Positions 1-10,119 of a stretch of DNA of 64,000 nucleotides are shown piece after piece. The stretch's first letter is position 1. Each line of letters begins with the position of its first letter. The translations under genes and the position numbers were made by a program. The DNA comes from Nannocystis bainbridge (GTDB lineage: Bacteria > Myxococcota_A > Polyangia > Nannocystales > Nannocystaceae): the NCBI RefSeq assembly GCF_028368995.1, contig NZ_JAQNDL010000003.1, forward strand, positions 1,376,001 through 1,440,000. The letters are read 5' to 3'. The notes under the pieces are model-generated. The model worked only from the letters and a program-made list of their open reading frames with translations. It did no database searches and was not told the DNA's origin.

Positions 1-465
1 TCGTACGCCGGCGAGACGCCGATGCTCGCCGACATGAACGGCGACGGCCGGGCCGACCTCGTCAGCGCCACCCAGGGCATGAGCGGCCGCGAGCTCCGCG
101 TCGCCCTCTCGACCGGCAGCAGCTTCGGCGCGCGCGCGACCTGGCGCATCAACCACATCCAGGCCAGCGAGGTCCCGGCTCTCGGCGACTTCAACGGCGA
201 CGGCAAGCACGACGTCCTCCGCTTCATCGGCAACGGCGTCGTGTCGGCCGCCAACTCGACCGGCGCCGGCCTGTCCGCCGAGACGCTGCGGCGCCTCGAT
301 TTCGGCGACTACGGCGACGTCCTGCGGATCGGCGACGTCGACGGCGACGGCAAGGACGACCTCCTCCGCTTCACCCAGGACGTCGCCGCCGACGTCTTCG
401 TCGCGCGCTCGAACGGCACCATCTTCGACGCGCCCTACCTCGCCCACGGCTTCTTCTCGCCCTGA
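1..465 (+). CDS. FG-GAP/VCBS repeat protein, C-terminal part (5' end outside window)
   Basis: Repeated DxNGDGxxD motifs (ADMNGDGRADL, GDFNGDGKHDV, GDVDGDGKDDL); frame open from position 1. Confidence 0.8.
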   Translation, partial: SYAGETPMLADMNGDGRADLVSATQGMSGRELRVALSTGSSFGARATWRINHIQASEVPALGDFNGDGKHDVLRFIGNGVVSAANSTGAGLSAETLRRLDFGDYGDVLRIGDVDGDGKDDLLRFTQDVAADVFVARSNGTIFDAPYLAHGFFSP

Positions 466-602
466 GCCGCGTCCGCTCGTCCGCGCCCGGTGAGCGGATC
501 GTGAATACACGCGCCTGTCGACCGCGCAAGGACCGGCGGGCGCCGGCGCCGTAGAATCGCCATTCACCGCCGCGCGCTCGGGCGCGCAGAAAGACGCCCC
601 TC

Positions 603-1094
603 ATGCAGCTCACCGTCCTGCTCGCCGCGCTGTGGCTCGCCCCGACCCTCCCGGGGTCGGCGAGATCGAAGACATGCTGGCCCGTCGCGGCCCCCGCCTC
701 GCTGGAGGTCCCCGAGCTCGTGGCGATGGAGCGCCTCGACGACTGGAAGGCCGGGCCGCGCTGGCCGGAGGTGGCCGAGAGCGCGGTGGTCGTCACCCCG
801 CACGCCGACGACCGCGGCCGGTTCATGGCCTTCCTCGTCGACGTCAAGGAGCGCAGGATCGTCGCCGTGCGCGACGGCGACACGCGCAAGCACCTCGCGC
901 AGATCGGGCCGCCGGCGAACCATCGCGTCCCGGTCGACGTGTCCGACGAGATCTCCGGCGCGGTGATCATCGTCCGCCCGCCGAAGCCGCCGGGCCCGCG
1001 CGGGCTGCCGAAGGACCTGGTGGCGCGGATCGTCGAGGTCGGCGTCATGGCGGGCCGCGCCGAGCGCTGGATGGACCCGGGCTCGCGCGATTGA
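603..1094 (+). CDS. Hypothetical exported protein
   Basis: Hydrophobic signal-like N-terminus MQLTVLLAALWLAP; GC3-biased codons; no family recognised. Confidence 0.55.
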   Translation: MQLTVLLAALWLAPTLPGSARSKTCWPVAAPASLEVPELVAMERLDDWKAGPRWPEVAESAVVVTPHADDRGRFMAFLVDVKERRIVAVRDGDTRKHLAQIGPPANHRVPVDVSDEISGAVIIVRPPKPPGPRGLPKDLVARIVEVGVMAGRAERWMDPGSRD

Positions 1095-1235
1095 CCGGCC
1101 CCGCCAGCGACCGGCCCGATCCTCACATGTCCACAAAGACATGTCCCGCGGCCGCGGGCGACGACCGACCGCCGGGCCCGCGGGTCTCGCCGTACACCCC
1201 TCGCGCGGCGATCGTCACGCCGTCTGGCGCCGCCC

Positions 1236-2870
1236 TTAGAAGTGGAACGCTCCGCCGAAGTACACGTACCAGTCGTCCTTGACGAGCACGTTCGTCCGGT
1301 TCCTGAACACAGCGTCCTTGTTGGCCCCGTAGCGCCCCTCGGCGCGGAACGTGAGCTGCGGCAAGGGCAGATACTCGAGGGTCAGGGCGCCGCTGTGGCT
1401 CTGCCAGCCGTTCGGGGTGTTCGTCCTCAGCTCCGGGACGATGTCGGCCTTGTTGTAAAGGTACTCGTACCTCGCGGCGATGCCGACCTTCTCCGTGATC
1501 GCCAGCCGGGCGGAGAACGCCGGCGAGACGACGAATTCGTACCTCTCCTTCTCGTTGTTCTTCTGCATGACGAGGTCGAACATCGGGAAGATCAGCCAGC
1601 GCCTCCCGAGCCAGATCCGGTAATACAGGTTCTGGTAGTGCCTGAAGATCGGCGGCTCGCCCTGTCGGGCCTCGTTGCCCCAGTACATGGTCCAGTCGCC
1701 GACGATCTTGAAGGGCCTGAAGACGCTCCAGACGAAGCCGTACCCCTTCCTGCCGTTCGCGTCCCGCACCTCCTGCCACCCGTTCAGGACCATGAACCTC
1801 AAGGTCATGTCCTTGCGAAAGTGATAGTGGAGCCTGGCCCCCGCCTCGTAGTCGGGGGTGAAGTCGGCGATGTACGCGCGCGTGGCGTGGAGGTTCTCCT
1901 TGTTCAGGACGATCTCCGCGCCGTAGTACGAGGGGAAGATCCCGGCCTCGACCGCCAGCTTGGGGTGGAAGAAGTAGTAGATCGCCGCCTCGCGGATCAA
2001 CTGCAGCGATTTGGGCTCTTCGTTGTAGAGCGACTCGACGATGTGCCCGGCGTGCACGGCGAAGCGGAACCGGACCTTGTTCGGGACCTCGTACTGGCCC
2101 TGCACGAACCCGTACGCCAGCGCGAACTGGTTGGCGTAGAGCGGATAGCTCGTGTAGTCCCTCCTGCCGTAGTCCTCGACCTCTTGCTTGGTGATGTAAT
2201 CGTAGTACTGATGTCTCCCTTGCGGCCCGATGGCGTAGCCGAAGTCCCCGTACAGGTTCAGGGACAGGATGCCTCTGCCGATCTTGGTGCTGATCGGCGG
2301 CACGAGCGGAGCGCCGCGCGCCTCTTTGCACCGACGCAGCAGGCACGGGAAGGGCCCTCGCGCCGAAGCGGGCGCAGCCCAGGCCGAGGGAGCGCCCTCC
2401 ATGACCGCGCCCCGCGGTGACGGAGGGACAGCCCCCGGCGCCTGGGAAACCGGCCCCGGCGTCACCGGATCCGGAGAGACAGTCTCACCGGGTCCCGGAG
2501 ACTTCTTGGGCCGGATGACGCGCTTGAGCTCGGTGACTTCGGCCCGCAGGAGCTCCAGTTCGCGCCGCAGCGCTTCGGTCTCGCTTTCGGCCCGCGTGAC
2601 GGACGAGGCCGACGGATCGGGCACAGGGACCGAGTCCGGCACGGAGCTCGACGGGGGCGTGACCGTCGGCGCTGCGGGTGCGTCCGGCGAGGCCGAAGAC
2701 GAGGGTGTCGAGCTCTCGGGATCGGCGGCAGGCGGCGAAAATGCCGGCTGCCAGGCGCCGATGGGGCCGATGCCCACAATCACGAGGAACGCTGTAAGAG
2801 CCGTGAGCGGGGCGTTCAAGAGCAAGTCCTTGGGCCCGGCAGCATACCGGAAACCCAGGACACCTTTCAT
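1236..2870 (-). CDS. Putative outer-membrane beta-barrel porin with Pro/Ser-rich N-terminal extension and short coiled coil
   Basis: Amphipathic aromatic-rich beta segments, NGW motif, ARYEY, terminal Phe (GGAFHF); start uncertain (2870 or 2912). Confidence 0.7.
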   Translation of the reverse strand: MKGVLGFRYAAGPKDLLLNAPLTALTAFLVIVGIGPIGAWQPAFSPPAADPESSTPSSSASPDAPAAPTVTPPSSSVPDSVPVPDPSASSVTRAESETEALRRELELLRAEVTELKRVIRPKKSPGPGETVSPDPVTPGPVSQAPGAVPPSPRGAVMEGAPSAWAAPASARGPFPCLLRRCKEARGAPLVPPISTKIGRGILSLNLYGDFGYAIGPQGRHQYYDYITKQEVEDYGRRDYTSYPLYANQFALAYGFVQGQYEVPNKVRFRFAVHAGHIVESLYNEEPKSLQLIREAAIYYFFHPKLAVEAGIFPSYYGAEIVLNKENLHATRAYIADFTPDYEAGARLHYHFRKDMTLRFMVLNGWQEVRDANGRKGYGFVWSVFRPFKIVGDWTMYWGNEARQGEPPIFRHYQNLYYRIWLGRRWLIFPMFDLVMQKNNEKERYEFVVSPAFSARLAITEKVGIAARYEYLYNKADIVPELRTNTPNGWQSHSGALTLEYLPLPQLTFRAEGRYGANKDAVFRNRTNVLVKDDWYVYFGGAFHF

Positions 2871-3063
2871 GTGAGAAAGGCTGCACCAGGAGCGATCGCG
2901 CCCGCCCGTCACCCGCCAGGGACTTCGCTGTCGGAGCTGCTGACGCGGTGTCGGCTGGCGACCGTGCGCGAGGGACGAGGAGCGAAGCGGCCGACCTGCC
3001 CGCGCGAGAGATCGCGGACCTCGACGTGAACGAGTGGCCCGGCGTCGGGCGCCGCGCCGCGCC

Positions 3064-3645
3064 TCAGTGCGCCGGGATGGTCTGGCCGCCGCGCCACACG
3101 CCGCCGGCCCGCCCGATCCGGCGCACCCGGAACGCCAGGAAGATCAGCGAGAAGCCGACCAGCAGCGCCCACACCCCGATGTACAGCATCAACGCCAGCG
3201 CCCCGGCCCCCGGCATCGTCATCATCAGCCCGCCGAACAGCACCCCTGCGAGGCCGCTGAGCGCCAGCCACCATTCGCCCTCGATCTCCTTGCGCAGGCG
3301 GATCGCCATGACGATGCGCAGCACCCCGGTGATGATTGCGTACGCGGCGATGTACATCAGCAGCACCAGCGCCGTGATGCCGGGCACGCGCAGCGCCAGC
3401 AGCCCGAACGCCACCCCGCACAGGCCCTCGAGCAGCATCAGCCACCAGTGCTCGTTCTCCTTGCGGCCGGCGAACGACCCGCCGATCAGGAACACCCCGT
3501 CGACCAGCACGAACACCCCGAACCACACCGTCAATGCCGCCAGCGACAGGCCGGGCGCGACCAGAGACAGGGCGCCGAACAGCAGCGCCACGAGGCCGCG
3601 CAGCAGCAGCGACCACCACGCCGTCGAGAGCGATTCACAGAGCAT
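3064..3645 (-). CDS. HdeD/DUF308 family membrane protein
   Basis: WWSLLLRGLVALLFG start, six TM segments, EIEGEWWL motif. Confidence 0.85.
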   Translation of the reverse strand: MLCESLSTAWWSLLLRGLVALLFGALSLVAPGLSLAALTVWFGVFVLVDGVFLIGGSFAGRKENEHWWLMLLEGLCGVAFGLLALRVPGITALVLLMYIAAYAIITGVLRIVMAIRLRKEIEGEWWLALSGLAGVLFGGLMMTMPGAGALALMLYIGVWALLVGFSLIFLAFRVRRIGRAGGVWRGGQTIPAH

Positions 3646-3854
3646 GAGACCCCTTCTTTCAGCCCTCAACGTGACGCACTCTCGCACCCCGTCCAGCAGC
3701 CCCAGCGACGATTCGCCTCCGCGCCCGCCGCGCCTGCCGGCCGCCCTCGTCCGTTTTTGCATTCCTTGTGTTTCGAGGTGGAATCAGCGGACTCGACCGC
3801 CGCACCGGCGGCGAATCCTGCCACGAATCACCCTCGACGCGTTCGCTGCCGCAA

Positions 3855-5666
3855 TCACTGCGGATTGATCACCTCGAGCCGCGTCCCGCCCGGGTACGCG
3901 TACGAAGTCACGTCCGTATACCCGTAGTTGACGATCCCGAACGGCTCCGCGCTCGCGGCCAGGTGGCCGCCCTCCGCGATCGGCCAGTCGGCCACCTCGT
4001 AGCCGCCGACCGCGTAATAACCACCCACCGCCACCCCGTCGACTTGCACCTCCGCCCCGCCCTTGATCCGGACGATCTGTGCGAAGTGTTGTGAATACCC
4101 GGTGCCGGTGGCGAACGCGTAGCGGTCGAGGAATTGCTCGACCGGGATCGCCTGCACCATCGCCGGATCTCCCGTCCCGCCGCCGCCGTCCTGGCTCTCG
4201 AGGTATTGCACGGGCAAGAACGGCTTGTCGCCCGCGAACACGAAGCTCGTCCCGGTGTTCACCACCAGCTCTTGCCATTCGCCGCGGTTCAGCTGCAGCG
4301 GCGTGCCCGGCAGCGGCGGCACCGTCGACACCGTCGTCCCGTCCTCGCCGCCGAACACCCGCCAGTAGTGCTTCTCCTTGTGGCGCGCCGGCGCGTGGGC
4401 GCCGACGTACTCACGACCCCAGTAGGCCAGCGGCAGCATCTGCTCCTCCACGTGATCGCAGTACGACACGTTGCTGCTCGGCACGTTGACGCACTCGACC
4501 GCCCCGACCACCCAGATCGGTCGGTCGGCGCTCACGATCGTGCCCGAAAGGTCGCCGCTCGGCCCCGGCGCGATCACCTGCAGCGTATCGAAGCGGTTCA
4601 TCACCACCTCCCCCGTCTGGCCCGCGAACACCTGCGGCACCCCCTTGCCCGCGCTCGTCGTGATCGGCGGCGTCCAGCGCACCGTCGTCTCCTCGGCGAT
4701 CGCGATCACCGTGAAGTAGCTCGGCGACTCCTCCTGCGTCTGCCGGTACGACGCCACCACGTAGCTCGCCTGCAGCGCGTGCTCGGGGAACAGCATCGAC
4801 GCGTCATTGGTCGCCTGGGCCCCGATCGGCGAGTGCTGGTACGCCACCACCGGCACGTCGCTGTCGACCCGATAGGCCCCGCCGACCCGCAGCGCCGACA
4901 CCTTGTCGATCGGCGGGTTCGTCAGCGTGAACGTGTGCGTCTCGCCCGGCCCGATCTTCACCGCCGGGCCCTGCGGCGCCTCCACGTTCTGCCCGGTCGG
5001 CGCCAGGTACAGCTGCACCGTCGCCGTCTTGCTCGCGTGCGTATTGCCGATCACCAGCGAATCGTTCTCCTCCGCATAATAGTTGTCCATGCGGCTGGCG
5101 AAGAACGAGCAGCCCACGGTGCTCGGCGTCGACTCGGCCAGGTCGCACAGCGAGAAGCACTTGCTGCCCGCGCACGCCTCCGCCGGCCCGCACGCGACCG
5201 GCGGCCCGTAGCCGCTGCCCTCACCGTTGCATTGCGCATAGTGATCGTCGTCGACGCACTTCGAGCTGTTCGGCGGGCAATCGCCGGCCTCGCACGACCC
5301 GTGCGCGCACGCCTGGTCGCGTCCGCACGGCTGCGGCGCGAACGCCGAACAATCGGCCTGGCACACCAGGATCTGCGCGCCCTCGCATTCGCCGAGGTCG
5401 CCCGGCGCGCAGCTGCACACCGCCTCGCCCGTCGAAGTCGAAGTCGTCGAGCTCGTCGAATTCGTCGAGCTGCCCTCGCTGCCCGGCTCGGCTGTCGTCG
5501 TCGGCGGCGCCGCCTCGCTCGTCTCGCCCGTCATCGGCCCCGGCGCCGCCGTCGTCCCCGTCGTGCTGCCCGTCGGCGCCGATGCGCTCGTCGCCGCCGG
5601 CGTATCGTTGCAGGCGGCGAGCAGGCACAGGAGCCATGGACCGGCGAAGCGCGGGCAACGTGACAT
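3855..5666 (-). CDS. IgGFc-binding-domain lipoprotein with Thr-rich linker and Cys-rich repeats
   Basis: Lipobox LLAAC, TNDASMLFP, CDHVEEQMLP, GDPAM, C-terminal SYAYPGG. Confidence 0.8.
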   Translation of the reverse strand: MSRCPRFAGPWLLCLLAACNDTPAATSASAPTGSTTGTTAAPGPMTGETSEAAPPTTTAEPGSEGSSTNSTSSTTSTSTGEAVCSCAPGDLGECEGAQILVCQADCSAFAPQPCGRDQACAHGSCEAGDCPPNSSKCVDDDHYAQCNGEGSGYGPPVACGPAEACAGSKCFSLCDLAESTPSTVGCSFFASRMDNYYAEENDSLVIGNTHASKTATVQLYLAPTGQNVEAPQGPAVKIGPGETHTFTLTNPPIDKVSALRVGGAYRVDSDVPVVAYQHSPIGAQATNDASMLFPEHALQASYVVASYRQTQEESPSYFTVIAIAEETTVRWTPPITTSAGKGVPQVFAGQTGEVVMNRFDTLQVIAPGPSGDLSGTIVSADRPIWVVGAVECVNVPSSNVSYCDHVEEQMLPLAYWGREYVGAHAPARHKEKHYWRVFGGEDGTTVSTVPPLPGTPLQLNRGEWQELVVNTGTSFVFAGDKPFLPVQYLESQDGGGGTGDPAMVQAIPVEQFLDRYAFATGTGYSQHFAQIVRIKGGAEVQVDGVAVGGYYAVGGYEVADWPIAEGGHLAASAEPFGIVNYGYTDVTSYAYPGGTRLEVINPQ

Positions 5667-5816
5667 GCGCCGACGTTGGCCAAAACTGCATGGCGATGCA
5701 ACTCGGGCCGCGCCCTGCGGCCGGCGAACTCTGTTTCCCGGCCCCGCGCGCGCAGGTGCGCCTCGCTCACACCCCGCCTCGCCGGGGCCCGATCCCCGAC
5801 CCACCTGTCCCGAAAG

Positions 5817-6467
5817 TCAGGCGTTCGCGACGGACGGCTCGATCTTCAGCGACGCCCCCGTGGCGGCCACGATCGCCTCGACTGTCACGCCTGGCGCCCG
5901 CTCGACCAGGCGGAAGCCGCCCTCCTCGACCGCGATCACCCCGAAGTCCGTGATCACCAGGTTGACGCAGCGCATCGCCGTCAGCGGCAGCGAGCAGCGG
6001 CGGACCAGCTTGGCCCCCCCGTCGCGGTCGGTGTGGGTCATCACCGCGATCACCTTGCGCGCCCCCGTGGCCAGGTCCATCGCCCCCCCGATCCCCGCCA
6101 CCTTTTGCCCCGGCACCATCCAGTTGGCCAGGTCGCCCGTCTCTGCCACCTGCATCGCCCCCAGCACCGCCACATCGACGTGGCCGCCGCGGATCATCGC
6201 AAAGCTCAGCGCCGAATCGAACGTCGACCCGCCGGGCACGATCGTCACCGTCTGTTTGCCGGCGTTGATCACCTGCGCATCGACCTCGTCGTCGTACGGG
6301 AACGGCCCCATCCCCAGCAGCCCGTTCTCCGAGTGCAGCAAGATCCCCGAATCGGGCGGCAAGTAGTTCGGGATCAGCGTCGGGATCCCGATCCCCAGGT
6401 TGACCACGCTGCCCGGGCTCAGCTCCCGGGCCGCTCGCGCGGCCATGTCTTCGCGGCTCCACGGCAT
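5817..6467 (-). CDS. 3-oxoacid CoA-transferase subunit B
   Basis: VNLGIGIPT, HSENG (catalytic Glu), MIRGGHVDVAVLGA, GDLANW, GGAMDL. Confidence 0.92.
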   Translation of the reverse strand: MPWSREDMAARAARELSPGSVVNLGIGIPTLIPNYLPPDSGILLHSENGLLGMGPFPYDDEVDAQVINAGKQTVTIVPGGSTFDSALSFAMIRGGHVDVAVLGAMQVAETGDLANWMVPGQKVAGIGGAMDLATGARKVIAVMTHTDRDGGAKLVRRCSLPLTAMRCVNLVITDFGVIAVEEGGFRLVERAPGVTVEAIVAATGASLKIEPSVANA

Positions 6468-6598
6468 GGCCGGCGGATTTTGGCTGGCGCCGCGCCGCGA
6501 GGCAACGCGAAATCGGTGCGTTTCCGCGCTCCAGGGCCATCCTTCGGCAACCGCGCCACATTGCCGGCGCCTGTCGTTTGCGGGCACCCTTCGCGGGC

Positions 6599-8014
6599 AT
6601 GCGCGTCGTATTCCTCGCGCTCGCCGCCCTCCTCGCGTGCGCGCGCCTCGGCGGGTCGCGCGACGGCGACGACGAGCGCGAGGTCCGCGTCGCCGCCGAA
6701 CCGCTGACCGCCGAGCAGCAGACTCGCCTCACCGACCACGCCCGCGCCGGCGGCCTGCTCTGGTGGCGCCTGCCCGGCGACGCCGGCCCGCGCTGCGAAC
6801 CGTGGCGCCTCGTGCCCGACCCCGGCGATCTCACCCACGGCCACCTGCTCCTGACCGACCCCCCGCCTGTCCCGACGGACAGCCCGCCGGACCCGCGCCC
6901 GCCCGCCGACCCCGACCCGTCCTCTGCCCCCGAGGACAGCCAGGCCCACCAATCACATGTCCCGAAGGACAGCCGCACCGACCCGTCCTCTGCCCCCGAG
7001 GACAGCCAGGCCCACCAATCACATGTCCCGAAGGACAGCCGCACCGGCTCATCCTCCGTCCTCGAGGCTAGCCCCCCGCTTCCCCCGCCCCTCGCCTCGC
7101 CGGGTCCTCCGATCCCCGTGACCCTCCTCGCCGCGCCGGCCCCGACCGCTCGGCTCGCCTGGCCTCGCTTCCCACCTGTCCCCGAGGCCAGCCCCGCTCC
7201 CGCCTCCCCACCTGCACCGAGCGACATGTCCTCCGGGACACTCACCATCCAGCTCGACTACAGCCTCGCCGAGGGCCACCTCACCCTCACCGCCCCCGAG
7301 CACGAGCGCCTGGTCCCTGCCCCCGAGGGCACCAAAAAATCGGAGGAGCGCGCCCTCACCTGCGTCTTCACCGGCATCGCGCTCGGCGGCCCTGCCGGCG
7401 GCCCGCGGCGGCTCATCCTCGCCGCGCGCGAGCGCTTCTTCTTCACCCGGGACGCCTGCGATGCGGCCGGCTTCGCCGACGATCCGCCCGGGCCCGACGA
7501 GCTGCGCGTGCTCGGCTGCGCCGGCGCCCTCGCCGATCCGGCCACCCGCGCCCGCCTCGAGCGGCCGCCCCCGCGCGACGCCCCCGACGCCGCCGCCCGG
7601 CTCCACCGCGCCCGCGCCGTCCACCACCTCCGCCGCGGCAGCGACGGCGCGCTCGTGTGCGACGTCTGGCGCAACCGGCCCGAGCGGGCTCGCGGGCATG
7701 GCCGCCTCGAGCACCGCGGCCGCGACGACGACGGCCGGTTCGTCCGCACCTACGCCTACGACGTCGGCCCCGGCTACCTCACCCTCCAGGGCCCCGCCGA
7801 GTTCCGCCGTATCGACCTCGCGGGCCAGCGCACCGACATCGTGCGCGCCAGCAGCTGCCTCGTCACCCGCGGCGTCGCGGCCGTCGGCCCCACGGCGATC
7901 GACCTCGGCGGCGAGCGCTGGTACCTGTCCCGAAGTGCATGCGACGCCGCCCGCCTCGCCGGCGCCCCCGCCCCCGTCGGCCCTGTCCCCCTGCTGGTCG
8001 CCGGCTGCGAGTGA
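6599..8014 (+). CDS. Hypothetical exported/lipoprotein with Pro-rich linker containing a 22-aa duplication
   Basis: Signal-like ALAALLAC; long ORF with paired Cys; no family recognised. Confidence 0.6.
   Translation: MRVVFLALAALLACARLGGSRDGDDEREVRVAAEPLTAEQQTRLTDHARAGGLLWWRLPGDAGPRCEPWRLVPDPGDLTHGHLLLTDPPPVPTDSPPDPRPPADPDPSSAPEDSQAHQSHVPKDSRTDPSSAPEDSQAHQSHVPKDSRTGSSSVLEASPPLPPPLASPGPPIPVTLLAAPAPTARLAWPRFPPVPEASPAPASPPAPSDMSSGTLTIQLDYSLAEGHLTLTAPEHERLVPAPEGTKKSEERALTCVFTGIALGGPAGGPRRLILAARERFFFTRDACDAAGFADDPPGPDELRVLGCAGALADPATRARLERPPPRDAPDAAARLHRARAVHHLRRGSDGALVCDVWRNRPERARGHGRLEHRGRDDDGRFVRTYAYDVGPGYLTLQGPAEFRRIDLAGQRTDIVRASSCLVTRGVAAVGPTAIDLGGERWYLSRSACDAARLAGAPAPVGPVPLLVAGCE
6912..7046. 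repeat. Perfect 66-bp in-frame tandem duplication (DPSSAPEDSQAHQSHVPKDSRT x2)
   Basis: cgacccgtcctctg at 6913 and 6979; each copy carries TGTCCCGAAGGACA. Confidence 0.9.
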
Positions 8015-8623
8015 GCGCCATCGCCGGTCCCGAAGTCCGCGCCCCCACCCTGCGCGCGCTCCTTCAAAGCACCCGCCCCTGCGAGGCCCCGCGACGCACG
8101 TGACCCCGCCCGCATCACCCCGGCCGCGCCCGCGAACGCCCCGATATCGGCCCGATCGCCGCCGCCACAATTTTGCGTGACCCTCCCCGCAACCGCTGCG
8201 CTCCCGTGCGCTCGCTGCAGGTTCCGCGCCTCGACCCGCGCCGCGCATCACCTGTCCCGAAGTACATGTGCGCCGCCTCGCAGCCCCCGCGCGCCCGTGC
8301 CCTCCCGACCGCCCGCCGCCGGGTTCAGCGGCGCCGCGAACTACAATTCACCTGTCCCAAAGTTTATGTGACCCGCTTCGCAGCGCCCGCGCTCCTGCGC
8401 CCGCCTCACGCGCTTGCGAGGGCGAACGAGCGCCGCGCGACCTGGCGGCGCCGGCGCGCGTCCGGCCCGGACACTCGTTCGGGCACCCCCTTCGACTTGA
8501 TGATTTTTTGGTGCGCCGGATCGCGGAGGCTCGCCAGGCCCGCTGCGCCGCGGTCGCGCCGCGCCGGCCCTCGCCGCCACATCCTCGGCCTACAGCTCGC
8601 CTGTCCTCGAGGCCAGCTGCACC

Positions 8624-9721
8624 ATGAGCACCCGCGCTATCGACATCGGCATGGAAGTCTCGCAGCCCGAAGCTCTCGAGGATCTGTGCACCACCCGGCG
8701 CACCTTGAGCCCCGCGGAGCGAGAGCTGTTCGGCACCGCTGCCGACGCCCTCGGTCGTTACTCGCTGCTCGGCAAGCTGGGCAGCGGCAGCATGGGCGTC
8801 GTCTTCCGCGCCTACGACCCGCGGCTGCAGCGGCCCGTCGCCGTCAAGATCCTCTACCCCTCGGGCAAGAAGACCGCCCACCTCGTCTCCACCGGCGACA
8901 CCCGGCTCCTGCGCGAAGCCCAGTCGATCGCACGCCTCTCGCACCCCAACATCGTCGCCGTCCACGACGTCGGCGTCGTCGGCGACCGCATCTTCCTCAC
9001 CATGGAGTTCGTCGAGGGTCCGACCTTGCGGCAGTTCTGCGACCAGCCGCGGGGCTGGCGGGAGCTGCTCCCCTTGCTGATCCAGGCCGGGCGCGGGCTC
9101 GCGGCCGCCCACCGCGGCGGCGTCATTCATCGCGACATCAAGCCCGACAACATCCTCGTCGGCGACGACGGCCGCGTCCGCGTCGTCGACTTCAGCGTCG
9201 CCCGCCCGCAAGGCGGCAGCGGCGACACCCTCGTCGGCAAGACCCGCCTCACCGACACCGAGACCCACAACCTCGTCGGCACCCCCGCGTACATGGCCCC
9301 CGAGCAGCTGCGCGCCGCCCCGGCTTGCGCGCGCTCCGACCAGTTCGCCTTCTGCGTCACCGCCTTCGAGTGTCTGTTCGGCGAGCGGCCGTTCGCCGGT
9401 CCCACCCTGCGCCGCCTGATCGACAACGTGCTCGCCGGCCCGCCGACCCAGCCGCCCCCGTTCAGCCAGCAGATCCCCCGCGCCCTCTATCAATGCATCG
9501 CCCGCGGCCTCGCTCTCGACGTCGACGACCGCTGGCCCGACATGGACACCCTCGTCGCCCAGCTCGAGGAATTCGCCGCCCGCGGCCCCCGGCGCTCCTC
9601 CCTCCTCCTCGCCGCCTCGCTCGGCGCCGCCGCGGCCCTCACCGTCGGCGCCGTCGCGGCCCAGTTCACCGGCACCAGCTGCTCCCACCCCGAGCTCGCC
9701 GCCCACCTCCATACCCGCTGA
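8624..9721 (+). CDS. Hanks-type Ser/Thr protein kinase with C-terminal hydrophobic segment
   Basis: LGSGSMGVV, VAVK, HRDIKPDN, DFS in place of DFG, GTPAYMAPE. Confidence 0.9.
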   Translation: MSTRAIDIGMEVSQPEALEDLCTTRRTLSPAERELFGTAADALGRYSLLGKLGSGSMGVVFRAYDPRLQRPVAVKILYPSGKKTAHLVSTGDTRLLREAQSIARLSHPNIVAVHDVGVVGDRIFLTMEFVEGPTLRQFCDQPRGWRELLPLLIQAGRGLAAAHRGGVIHRDIKPDNILVGDDGRVRVVDFSVARPQGGSGDTLVGKTRLTDTETHNLVGTPAYMAPEQLRAAPACARSDQFAFCVTAFECLFGERPFAGPTLRRLIDNVLAGPPTQPPPFSQQIPRALYQCIARGLALDVDDRWPDMDTLVAQLEEFAARGPRRSSLLLAASLGAAAALTVGAVAAQFTGTSCSHPELAAHLHTR

Positions 9722-9749
9722 GCGCCGCGGCTCGCTCGCGCCCTCGTGA

Positions 9750-9979
9750 CATGTCCCTTCGGACATCCTCGCCAGCGCCGCGACGACCTGTCCCGTCGGC
9801 CATCCGTCGACGGCCACCACCGCGTCGGGCGTGCCATCGAACACCGCGCCCTCCTCAGGGGACGCGATATCGAAGTCCAGCGGAGGATGCGGCACGAAAC
9901 CGGTGTCGGTATCCGCCGCCGCAGCGGGAGCGGCGACCACCAGGAGCCACGCACGACAGATCGAGCCAGGCGCACGCAT
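9750..9979 (-). pseudogene. Possible truncated secreted-protein remnant (signal peptide plus start of an Ig-like domain)
   Basis: MRAPGSICRAWLLVVAAPAAAA followed by IASPEEGAVFDGTPDAVVAV; sense is lost at the 14-bp palindrome near 9750. Confidence 0.3.
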
Positions 9980-10119
9980 GTCCCAGGCCTGGCAGCCGAA
10001 AGGTCCCCTCTCCAATCCGACGCGACACGACCTGTCTCTCGTGCCAGCGCACTCGCGCTCGCGCGGAAATTCCGCCGACCACGTTGTCAGCGCCGGGCCC
10101 TGGGCCCTACCCTGACGCG

